A stretch of 64,000 nucleotides of DNA from Yuukianura sp. NJ FZ-2021. Its lineage: Eukaryota. The notes below the pieces were generated by a model. The model was not told where the DNA came from, ran no database searches, and worked only from the letters and a program-made list of their open reading frames with translations. Every line of letters starts with the position of its first letter. The stretch's first letter is position 1. Of the stretch, positions 41,296 to 53,410 are shown one piece after another. A program made the translations under genes and the position numbers. The stretch is taken from NCBI GenBank assembly GCA_046563655.1, contig CM102290.1, forward strand, positions 12,338,001 to 12,402,000. The letters run 5' to 3'.

Positions 41296-41958
41296 AATGG
41301 ACAAGGACGACGGATGACATGGACATACTCACGGTGGACAAACTGTAAAGTTCAACGGCCCTCACTGTTACCTGGATATTTCCGAAGACTTCAACACCCG
41401 ACGTCGGTAAGTTGCCAATTTTTTTTTTGTTTAGCTTATCCTTTCCTATCGCAATGTTTGACTTCAACTTTTGCGAAGTCAATCTCTGCTTGACCAATCT
41501 TCAATGGACAAGGAAGGACGACCTGGGATGCCCTAACAGTAACAGTACTCACCGTGGACATACTACAGAGCTCAAGTGCCAGGACTGGAATGTTGATATT
41601 TGCGAAAACCACCACACGGCGGCAAGTTTTTGGCAACTTCATTTCAGCTTCTCTTTTCCTATCACAATCGCAATGTTGGACTTCTTTTTGCGAAGTCAAT
41701 CTCTGCTTGACCAATCTTCAATGGATAAGGAAGGATGACCTAGGACACCTTAAGTACTAACTGTGGACAACCTACAGAGCTCAAGTGCTAGGACTGGAAT
41801 GTGGATATTTGCGAAAAGCACCAGACGGCGGCAAGTTTTTGGCAACTTCATTTCAGCTTCTTTTTTCCTATGACAATCGCAATGTTTGACTTCTTTTTGC
41901 GAAGTCAATCTCTGCTTGACCAATCTTCAATGGACAAGGAAGGATGACCTAGGACACC
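41296..41958 (+). repeat. Degenerate tandem repeat, ~210-220-bp unit, about 3 copies plus a partial copy
   Basis: TGCGAAGTCAATCTCTGCTTGACCAATCTTCAATGGA(C/T)AAGGAAGGA recurs near 41472, 41689 and 41898. A more diverged first unit begins CAATGGACAAGGAC at about 41295. Confidence 0.85.
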
Positions 41959-41959
41959 A

Positions 41960-42650
41960 AAGGCTCTTTTGATAAGTTTTTCGCTCTGTTTCCTCTTACG
42001 TTTCACATCTCCCACGGTAGATTCAAAATTTCACGCCAAGTTTTCTGCCATTGTTACCGACTCCTGCAAAAATTTGAGGCGATGTTCACTCCAAGTCTGT
42101 CGCTTAGTTCAAGGCCTCTGGACTCTGCCAAATCCGCTACTTTGTTCAACAGTTCTTTATCGACTCGGCGCAGAGAATCCAAGTGGAAGTTGACAACAGT
42201 CGAGAGACATTTGATTGCAAGTTCAGCGTAAAGGGGAGAGTGGACAAGTACTTGCTCCCAGTGCTGGAATCATTTGATGAACGTAGGGAACCGGAAGTAG
42301 CATAATGCTTTGTTCCAACTCTACTGCCTTGATAGTACTTAAACTTAGCACTTTGGTCATGAAATCATTCAGTGTCTCAGCACCGTAGGCTTGCAGGAGA
42401 GGGTGTTCGTCGGCACTATCTTTGAATACATCAAGGAGCTTCGATGAGTTTGTCAGCCTGTTCAGACCAAATTCGAAATTTTCAAAAAAAAAAATCTTTT
42501 CTAAAAGTTGCAAATTTTGGAATTAGTTTTTGGAAATTACCATTTTTTCAGTATCAGCTGTTTGTAGACTTGGTAGATTTGGATTTTTAGTGATGGCTTC
42601 TTTCTCCATGTCATCTTCCCTCTCTCGTTCTCGTTCATCTTTTTGCAAAC
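41960..42650 (-). pseudogene. WDR3: Frameshifted 3' fragment of WDR3/Utp12(Dip2)-like gene (SSU processome)
   Basis: DEREREREDDMEKE...QTADTEKM, an intron, ADKLIEA(fs)LDVFK...HPLLQAYGAETLNDFMTKVL...IKAVELEQSIMLLPVPYVHQMI...ELSDRLGVNIA(fs)LKFLQES...*...KRKRKQSEKLIKRA. This resembles the Utp12 C-terminal domain. It has frameshifts and an internal stop, and no WD40 part is nearby. Confidence 0.68.
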
Positions 42651-43017
42651 ACGAATTAACTGTTAAGGTGTGATTTGTGTTTCCGATGCACGAATATGAA
42701 TAATAACAATTTGAAAGTACATAAACATGATAAGCACATGGAGCAACCAATCGGGTATGTCTATTCCTCCGAAAACCAGATATTTCAGACTGTGCCGATT
42801 CGCAGGTTTTTACGAGTGTTATATTATAGGCATTATGTTACGACTACGAGTGTGGATAATATTTTTATCCGGTTTTATCCATAGGGACGGTTTTAGAAAT
42901 CATGGGAAAAAAACTTGAAAAAATAAGGAATTTGAAATAGCGAATAGTCACGTCAATTTGCAATTGTGTAACAGGTCAACCAGGCATTTCTTTTCTCAGA
43001 TTTTCAAAATTTGGGAT

Positions 43018-46000
43018 TAATTCCGAATTTAGTTTTTGGCAACTCGAATCTCAAAACTTAAAAAATTTACTTAACGTATCCGAAATTTCTTAAAACGCAA
43101 AGAGGGAAAACAACTCCTTTCTAAATAATATTTCTAAATTTTTGACTAAACCTTCTCTGCACCATCACTTAGGAACACATACTAAATCCCACAACCGAAA
43201 CCTACGGAATCACTTCTTGGCGAATGTGTCCAGGCACAGATCGTTTCAAAGTCTCAATCCGCATTGGTTCGGGGATGTGGTAAAAAACTTAGTCCCTGTG
43301 TCTCTTGCTTGAATGCGCAGCAGAAGTGTTATTATTAGAGTTAACGAGACTTGACTTGACATTTAACGTGACTTTCGGTTTTTTTCCTATACGCTAGAAC
43401 ATACGGCATTGTAGTAGATTGGGCGCGAGGACGGATCGAGGCTTGCAAGTAGCTGTTCAGGTGACACAGGGCAGGGAGGGGTGTGAATCTCTCTCGGTAA
43501 GTCCGGAGTGTGCCAGTTCGAGTGAACTGGGGCCGGAATCTCGAGCGTAGTCATTGACTAGTCCTCTGTCGTATGTATCTTCGTGTAGACTAATTCCGAA
43601 TTTCGTTTTTCACAACTCGAATCTCAACTTAAAAAATTTACTTAACGTATCCGAAATTTCTTAAAACGCAAAAAGGGAAAACAACTCCTTTCTAAATAAT
43701 ATTTCCAAATTTTTGACTAAACCTTCTCTGTACCATCACTTAGGAACACATACTAAATCCCACAACCGAAACCTACGGAATCACTTCTTGGCGAATGTGT
43801 CCATGCACAGATCGTTTCAAAGTCTCAATCCGCATTGGTTCGGGGATGTGGTAAAACTTAGTCCCTGTGTCTCTTGCTTGAATGTGCAGCAGAAGTGTTA
43901 TTATTAGAGTTAATGAGACTTGACTTGACATTTAACGTGACTTTCGGTTTTTTTCCTATACGCTAGAACATACGGCATTGTAGTAGACTGGGCGCGAGGA
44001 CGGATCGAGGCTTGCAAGTAGCTGTTCAGGTGACACAGGGCAGGGAGGGGTGTGAATCTCTCTCGGTGAGTCCGGAGTGTGCCAGTTCGAGTGAACCGGG
44101 GCCGGAATCTCGAGCGTAGTCATTGACTAGTCCTCTGTCGTATGGATCTTCGTGTAGACTAATTCCGAATTTAGTTTTTGACAAGTCGAATCTCAACTTA
44201 AAAAATTTACTTAACGTATCCGAAATTTCTTAAAACGCAAAAAGGGAAAACAACTCCTTTCTAAATAATATTTCTAAATTTTTGACTAAACCTTCTCTGT
44301 ACCATCACTTAGGAACACATACTAAATCCCACAACCGAAACCTACGGAATCACTTCTTGGCGAATGTGTCCATGCACAGATCGTTTCAAAGTCTCAATCC
44401 GCATTGGTTCGGGGATGTGGTAAAAAACTTAGTCCCTGTGTCTCTTGCTTGAATGTGCAGCAGAAGTGTTATTATTAGAGTTAATGAGACTTGACTTGAC
44501 ATTTAACGTGACTTTCGGTTTTTTTCTATACGCTAGAGCATACGGCATTGTAGTAGACTGGGCGCGAGGACGGATCGAGGCTTGCAAGTAGCTGTTCAGG
44601 TGACACAGGGCAGGGAGGGGTGTGAATCTCTCTCGGTGAGTCCGGAGTGTGCCAGTTCGAGTGAACCGGGGCCGGAATCTCGAGCGTAGTCATTGACTAG
44701 TCCTCTGTCGTATGGATCTTCGTGTAGACTAATTCCGAATTTAGTTTTTGACAAGTCGAATCTCAACTTAAAAAATTTACTTAACGTATCCGAAATTTCT
44801 TAAAACGCAAAAAGGGAAAACAACTCCTTTCTAAATAATATTTCTAAATTTTTGACTAAACCTTCTCTGTACCATCACTTAGGAACACATACTAAATCCC
44901 ACAACCGAAACCTACGGAATCACTTCTTGGCGAATGTGTCCAGGCACAGATCGTTTCAAAGTCTCAATCCGCATTGGTTCGGGGATGTGGTAAAACTTAG
45001 TCCCTGTGTCTCTTGCTTGAATGTGCAGCAGAAGTGTTATTATTAGAGTTAATGAGACTTGACTTGACATTTAACGTGACTTTCGGTTTTTTTCCTATAC
45101 GCTAGAACATACGGCATTGTAGTAGATTGGGCGCGAGGACGGATCGAGGCTTGCAAGTAGCTGTTCAGGTGACACAGGGCAGGGAGGGGTGTGAATCTCT
45201 CTCGGTAAGTCCGGAGTGTGCCAGTTCGAGTGAACTGGGGCCGGAATCTCGAGCGTAGTCATTGACTAGTCCTCTGTCGTATGGATCTTCGTGTAGACTA
45301 ATTCCGAATTTAGTTTTTGACAAGTCGAATCTCAACTTAAAAAATTTACTTAACGTATCCGAAATTTCTTAAAACGCAAAAAGGGAAAACAACTCCTTTC
45401 TAAATAATATTTCCAAATTTTTGACTAAACCTTCTCTGTACCATCACTTAGGAACACATACTAAATCCCACAACCGAAACCTACGGAATCACTTCTTGGC
45501 GAATGTGTCCATGCACAGATCGTTTCAAAGTCTCAATCCGCATTGGTTCGGGGATGTGGTACAGAAAGTTAGTCCCTGTGTTTCTTGCTTGAATGCGCAT
45601 CAGAAGTGTTATTATTAGAGTTAACGAGACTTGACTTGACATTTAACGTGACTTTCGGTTTTTTTCTATACGCTAGAACATACGGCATTGTAGTAGACTG
45701 GGCGCGAGGACGGATCGAGGCTTGCAAGTAGCTGTTCAGGTGACACAGGGCAGGGAGGGGTGTGAATCTCTCTCGGTGAGTCCGGAGTGTGCCAGTTCGA
45801 GTGAACCGGGGCCGGAATCTCGAGCGTAGTCATTGACTAGTCCTCTGTCGTATGGATCTTCGTGTAGACTAATTCCGAATTTAGTTTTTGACAAGTCGAA
45901 TCTCAACTTAAAAAATTTACTTAACGTATCCGAAATTTCTTAAAACGCAAAAAGGGAAAACAACTCCTTTCTAAATAATATTTCTAAATTTTTGACTAAA

Positions 46001-49000
46001 CCTTCTCTGTACCATCACTTAGGAACACATACTAAATCCCACAACCGAAACCTACGGAATCACTTCTTGGCGAATGTGTCCATGCACAGATCGTTTCAAA
46101 GTCTCAATCCGCATTGGTTCGGGGATGTGGTAAAAGTTAGTCCCTGTGTTTCTTGCTTGAATGTGCAGCAGAAGTGTTATTATTAGAGTTAATGAGACTT
46201 GACTTGACATTTAACGTGACTTTCGGTTTTTTCCTATACGCTAGAGCATACGGCATTGTAGTAGACTGGGCGCGAGGACGGATCGAGGCTTGCAAGTAGC
46301 TGTTCAGGTGACACAGGGCAGGGAGGGGTGTGAATCTCTCTCGGTGAGTCCGGAGTGTGCCAGTTCGAGTGAACCGGGGCCGGAATCTCGAGCGTAGTCA
46401 TTGACTAGTCCTCTGTCGTATGGATCTTCGTGTAGACTAATTCCGAATTTAGTTTTTGACAAGTCGAATCTCAACTTAAAAAATTTACTTAACGTATCCG
46501 AAATTTCTTAAAACGCAAAAAGGGAAAACAACTCCTTTCTAAATAATATTTCTAAATTTTTGACTAAACCTTCTCTGTACCATCACTTAGGAACACATAC
46601 TAAATCCCACAACCGAAACCTACGGAATCACTTCTTGGCGAATGTGTCCAGGCACAGATCGTTTCAAAGTCTCAATCCGCATTGGTTCGGGGATGCTTAG
46701 TCCCTGTGTCTCTTGCTTGAATGTGCAGCAGAAGTGTTATTATTAGAGTTAATGAGACTTGACTTGACATTTAACGTGACTTTCGGTTTTTTTCCTATAC
46801 GCTAGAACATACGGCATTGTAGTAGACTGGGCGCGAGGACGGATCGAGGCTTGCAAGTAGCTGTTCAGGTGACACAGGGCAGGGAGGGGTGTGAATCTCT
46901 CTCGGTGAGTCCGGAGTGTGCCAGTTCGAGTGAACCGGGGCCGGAATCTCGAGCGTAGTCATTGACTAGTCCTCTGTCGTATGGATCTTCGTGTAGACTA
47001 ATTCCGAATTTAGTTTTTGACAAGTCGAATCTCAACTTAAAAAATTTACTTAACGTATCCGAAATTTCTTAAAACGCAAAAAGGGAAAACAACTCCTTTC
47101 TAAATAATATTTCTAAATTTTTGACTAAACCTTCTCTGTACCATCACTTAGGAACACATACTAAATCCCACAACCGAAACCTACGGAATCACTTCTTGGC
47201 GAATGTGTCCATGCACAGATCGTTTCAAAGTCTCAATCCGCATTGGTTCGGGGATGTGGTAAAAAAACTTAGTCCCTGTGTCTCTTGCTTGAATGTGCAG
47301 CAGAAGTGTTATTATTAGAGTTAATGAGACTTGACTTGACATTTAACGTGACTTTCGGTTTTTTCCTATACGCTAGAGCATACGGCATTGTAGTAGACTG
47401 GGCGCGAGGACGGATCGAGGCTTGCAAGTAGCTGTTCAGGTGACACAGGGCAGGGAGGGGTGTGAATCTCTCTCGGTGAGTCCGGAGTGTGCCAGTTCGA
47501 GTGAACCGGGGCCGGAATCTCGAGCGTAGTCATTGACTAGTCCTCTGTCGTATGGATCTTCGTGTAGACTAATTCCGAATTTAGTTTTTGACAAGTCGAA
47601 TCTCAACTTAAAAAATTTACTTAACGTATCCGAAATTTCTTAAAACGCAAAAAGGGAAAACAACTCCTTTCTAAATAATATTTCTAAATTTTTGACTAAA
47701 CCTTCTCTGTACCATCACTTAGGAACACATACTAAATCCCACAACCGAAACCTACGGAATCACTTCTTGGCGAATGTGTCCAGGCACAGATCGTTTCAAA
47801 GTCTCAATCCGCATTGGTTCGGGGATGTGGTAAAAAACTTAGTCCCTGTGTCTCTTGCTTGAATGTGCAGCAGAAGTGTTATTATTAGAGTTAATGAGAC
47901 TTGACTTGACATTTAACGTGACTTTCGGTTTTTTTCCTATACGCTAGAACATACGGCATTGTAGTAGACTGGGCGCGAGGACGGATCGAGGCTTGCAAGT
48001 AGCTGTTCAGGTGACACAGGGCAGGGAGGGGTGTGAATCTCTCTCGGTGAGTCCGGAGTGTGCCAGTTCGAGTGAACCGGGGCCGGAATCTCGAGCGTAG
48101 TCATTGACTAGTCCTCTGTCGTATGGATCTTCGTGTAGACTAATTCCGAATTTAGTTTTTGACAAGTCGAATCTCAACTTAAAAAATTTACTTAACGTAT
48201 CCGAAATTTCTTAAAACGCAAAAAGGGAAAACAACTCCTTTCTAAATAATATTTCTAAATTTTTGACTAAACCTTCTCTGTACCATCACTTAGGAACACA
48301 TACTAAATCCCACAACCGAAACCTACGGAATCACTTCTTGGCGAATGTGTCCATGCACAGATCGTTTCAAAGTCTCAATCCGCATTGGTTCGGGGATGTG
48401 GTAAAAAAACTTAGTCCCTGTGTCTCTTGCTTGAATGTGCAGCAGAAGTGTTATTATTAGAGTTAATGAGACTTGACTTGACATTTAACGTGACTTTCGG
48501 TTTTCCTATACGCTAGAACATACGGCATTGTAGTAGACTGGGCGCGAGGACGGATCGAGGCTTGCAAGTAGCTGTTCAGGTGACACAGGGCAGGGAGGGG
48601 TGTGAATCTCTCTCGGTGAGTCCGGAGTGTGCCAGTTCGAGTGAACCGGGGCCGGAATCTCGAGCGTAGTCATTGACTAGTCCTCTGTCGTATGGATCTT
48701 CGTGTAGACTAATTCCGAATTTAGTTTTTGACAAGTCGAATCTCAACTTAAAAAATTTACTTAACGTATCCGAAATTTCTTAAAACGCAAAAAGGGAAAA
48801 CAACTCCTTTCTAAATAATATTTCTAAATTTTTGACTAAACCTTCTCTGTACCATCACTTAGGAACACATACTAAATCCCACAACCGAAACCTACGGAAT
48901 CACTTCTTGGCGAATGTGTCCATGCACAGATCGTTTCAAAGTCTCAATCCGCATTGGTTCGGGGATGTGGTAAAAAAACTTAGTCCCTGTGTCTCTTGCT

Positions 49001-52000
49001 TGAATGTGCAGCAGAAGTGTTATTATTAGAGTTAATGAGACTTGACTTGACATTTAACGTGACTTTCGGTTTTTTTCCTATACGCTAGAGCATACGGCAT
49101 TGTAGTAGACTGGGCGCGAGGACGGATCGAGGCTTGCAAGTAGCTGTTCAGGTGACACAGGGCAGGGAGGGGTGTGAATCTCTCTCGGTGAGTCCGGAGT
49201 GTGCCAGTTCGAGTGAACCGGGGCCGGAATCTCGAGCGTAGTCATTGACTAGTCCTCTGTCGTATGGATCTTCGTGTAGACTAATTCCGAATTTAGTTTT
49301 TGACAAGTCGAATCTCAACTTAAAAAATTTACTTAACGTATCCGAAATTTCTTAAAACGCAAAAAGGGAAAACAACTCCTTTCTAAATAATATTTCTAAA
49401 TTTTTGACTAAACCTTCTCTGTACCATCACTTAGGAACACATACTAAATCCCACAACCGAAACCTACGGAATCACTTCTTGGCGAATGTGTCCAGGCACA
49501 GATCGTTTCAAAGTCTCAATCCGCATTGGTTCGGGGATGTGGTAAAAAAACTTAGTCCCTGTGTCTCTTGCTTGAATGTGCAGCAGAAGTGTTATTATTA
49601 GAGTTAATGAGACTTGACTTGACATTTAACGTGACTTTCGGTTTTTTTCCTATACGCTAGAACATACGGCATTGTAGTAGACTGGGCGCGAGGACGGATC
49701 GAGGCTTGCAAGTAGCTGTTCAGGTGACACAGGGCAGGGAGGGGTGTGAATCTCTCTCGGTGAGTCCGGAGTGTGCCAGTTCGAGTGAACCGGGGCCGGA
49801 ATCTCGAGCGTAGTCATTGACTAGTCCTCTGTCGTATGGATCTTCGTGTAGACTAATTCCGAATTTAGTTTTTGACAAGTCGAATCTCAACTTAAAAAAT
49901 TTACCTATACGCTAGAACATACGGCATTGTAGTAGACTGGGCGCGAGGACGGATCGAGGCTTGCAAGTAGCTGTTCAGGTGACACAGGGCAGGGAGGGGT
50001 GTGAATCTCTCTCGGTGAGTCCGGAGTGTGCCAGTTCGAGTGAACCGGGGCCGGAATCTCGAGCGTAGTCATTGACTAGTCCTCTGTCGTATGGATCTTC
50101 GTGTAGACTAATTCCGAATTTAGTTTTTGACAAGTCGAATCTCAACTTAAAAAATTTACTTAACGTATCCGAAATTTCTTAAAACGCAAAAAGGGAAAAC
50201 AACTCCTTTCTAAATAATATTTCTAAATTTTTGACTAAACCTTCTCTGTACCATCACTTAGGAACACATACTAAATCCCACAACCGAAACCTACGGAATC
50301 ACTTCTTGGCGAATGTGTCCATGCACAGATCGTTTCAAAGTCTCAATCCGCATTGGTTCGGGGATGTGGTAAAAAAACTTAGTCCCTGTGTCTCTTGCTT
50401 GAATGTGCAGCAGAAGTGTTATTATTAGAGTTAATGAGACTTGACTTGACATTTAACGTGACTTTCGGTTTTTTTCCTATACGCTAGAACATACGGCATT
50501 GTAGTAGACTGGGCGCGAGGACGGATCGAGGCTTGCAAGTAGCTGTTCAGGTGACACAGGGCAGGGAGGGGTGTGAATCTCTCTCGGTGAGTCCGGAGTG
50601 TGCCAGTTCGAGTGAACCGGGGCCGGAATCTCGAGCGTAGTCATTGACTAGTCCTCTGTCGTATGGATCTTCGTGTAGACTAATTCCGAATTTAGTTTTT
50701 GACAAGTCGAATCTCAACTTAAAAAATTTACTTAACGTATCCGAAATTTCTTAAAACGCAAAAAGGGAAAACAACTCCTTTCTAAATAATATTTCTAAAT
50801 TTTTGACTAAACCTTCTCTGTACCATCACTTAGGAACACATACTAAATCCCACAACCGAAACCTACGGAATCACTTCTTGGCGAATGTGTCCAGGCACAG
50901 ATCGTTTCAAAGTCTCAATCCGCATTGGTTCGGGGATGTGGTAAAAAACTTAGTCCCTGTGTCTCTTGCTTGAATGTGCAGCAGAAGTGTTATTATTAGA
51001 GTTAATGAGACTTGACTTGACATTTAACGTGACTTTCGGTTTTTTTCCTATACGCTAGAACATACGGCATTGTAGTAGACTGGGCGCGAGGACGGATCGA
51101 GGCTTGCAAGTAGCTGTTCAGGTGACACAGGGCAGGGAGGGGTGTGAATCTCTCTCGGTGAGTCCGGAGTGTGCCAGTTCGAGTGAACCGGGGCCGGAAT
51201 CTCGAGCGTAGTCATTGACTAGTCCTCTGTCGTATGGATCTTCGTGTAGACTAATTCCGAATTTAGTTTTTGACAAGTCGAATCTCAACTTAAAAAATTT
51301 ACTTAACGTATCCGAAATTTCTTAAAACGCAAAAAGGGAAAACAACTCCTTTCTAAATAATATTTCTAAATTTTTGACTAAACCTTCTCTGTACCATCAC
51401 TTAGGAACACATACTAAATCCCACAACCGAAACCTACGGAATCACTTCTTGGCGAATGTGTCCATGCACAGATCGTTTCAAAGTCTCAATCCGCATTGGT
51501 TCGGGGATGTGGTAAAAAAACTTAGTCCCTGTGTCTCTTGCTTGAATGTGCAGCAGAAGTGTTATTATTAGAGTTAATGAGACTTGACTTGACATTTAAC
51601 GTGACTTTCGGTTTTTTTCCTATACGCTAGAACATACGGCATTGTAGTAGACTGGGCGCGAGGACGGATCGAGGCTTGCAAGTAGCTGTTCAGGTGACAC
51701 AGGGCAGGGAGGGGTGTGAATCTCTCTCGGTGAGTCCGGAGTGTGCCAGTTCGAGTGAACCGGGGCCGGAATCTCGAGCGTAGTCATTGACTAGTCCTCT
51801 GTCGTATGGATCTTCGTGTAGACTAATTCCGAATTTAGTTTTTGACAAGTCGAATCTCAACTTAAAAAATTTACTTAACGTATCCGAAATTTCTTAAAAC
51901 GCAAAAAGGGAAAACAACTCCTTTCTAAATAATATTTCTAAATTTTTGACTAAACCTTCTCTGTACCATCACTTAGGAACACATACTAAATCCCACAACC

Positions 52001-53410
52001 GAAACCTACGGAATCACTTCTTGGCGAATGTGTCCAGGCACAGATCGTTTCAAAGTCTCAATCCGCATTGGTTCGGGGATGTGGTAAAAAAACTTAGTCC
52101 CTGTGTCTCTTGCTTGAATGTGCAGCAGAAGTGTTATTATTAGAGTTAATGAGACTTGACTTGACATTTAACGTGACTTTCGGTTTTTTTCCTATACGCA
52201 GCAGAAGTGTTATTATTAGAGTTAATGAGACTTGACTTGACATTTAACGTGACTTTCGGTTTTTTTCCTATACGCTAGAACATACGGCATTGTAGTAGAC
52301 TGGGCGCGAGGACGGATCGAGGCTTGCAAGTAGCTGTTCAGGTGACACAGGGCAGGGAGGGGTGTGAATCTCTCTCGGTGAGTCCGGAGTGTGCCAGTTC
52401 GAGTGAACCGGGGCCGGAATCTCGAGCGTAGTCATTGACTAGTCCTCTGTCGTATGGATCTTCGTGTAGACTAATTCCGAATTTAGTTTTTTCGAATCTC
52501 AACTTAAAAAATTGTAAAATAATATTTCTAAATTTTTGACTAAACCTTCTCTGTACCATCACTTAGGAACACATACTAAATCCCACAACCGAAACCTACG
52601 GAATCACTTCTTGGCGAATGTGTCCATGCACAGATCGTTTCAAAGTCTCAATCCGCATTGGTTCGGGGATGTGGTAAAAAACTTAGTCCCTGTGTCTCTT
52701 GCTTGAATGTGCAGCAGAAGTGTTATTATTAGAGTTAATGAGACTTGACTTGACATTTAACGTGACTTTCGGTTTTTTTCATATCGCAGCAGAAGTGTTA
52801 TTATTAAAGTTAACGAGACTTGACTTGACATTTAACGTGACTTTCGGTTTTTTTCATATACACTGGAACATACGGCATTGTAGTAGATTGGGCGCGACGA
52901 CGGATCGAGGCTTGCAAGTAGCTGTTCAGGTGACACAGGGCAGGGAGGGGTGTGAATCTCTCTCGGTGAGTCCGGAGTGTGCCAGTTCGAGTGAACCGGG
53001 GCCGGAATCTCGAGCGTAGTCATTGACTAGTCCTCTGTCGTATGGATCTTCGTGTAGACTAATTCCGAATTTAGTTTTTGACAAGTCGAATCTCAACTTA
53101 AAAAATTTACAAAAAGGGAAAACAACTCCTTTCTAAATAATATTTCTAAATTTTTGACTAAACCTTCTCTGTACCATCACTTAGGAACACATACTAAATC
53201 CCACAACCGAAACCTACGGAATCACTTCTTGGCGAATGTGTCCATGCACAGATCGTTTCAAAGTCTCAATCCGCATTGGTTCGGGGATGTGGTAAAAAAC
53301 TTAGTCCCTGTGTCTCTTGCTTGAATGTGCAGCAGAAGTGTTATTATTAGAGTTAATGAGACTTGACTTGACATTTAACGTGACTTTCGGTTTTTTTCTT
53401 ATACGCTGGA
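43018..53410. repeat. Tandem array (macrosatellite) of ~571-bp monomers, about 18 units, nearly identical
   Basis: The anchor TAATTCCGAATTT recurs about every 570 bp (43018, 43591, 44160, 44730, 45299 and on). There is one deleted unit at about 49853-50108, and ~71-bp internal duplications near 52198 and 52785. Confidence 0.98.

Noticed and set aside
43713..52143. Repeated 64-65 aa plus-strand ORFs (MTKPSLYHH...)
   Set aside because: They start at TTG rather than ATG and are broken in several monomers by A-tract length changes. They are a by-product of the repeat.
43018..53410. CRISPR array, rDNA/5S or histone-type gene array
   Set aside because: The monomers are wholly repeated with no unique spacers, there are no cas genes, the context is eukaryotic, and I recognise no rRNA, snRNA or histone sequence.
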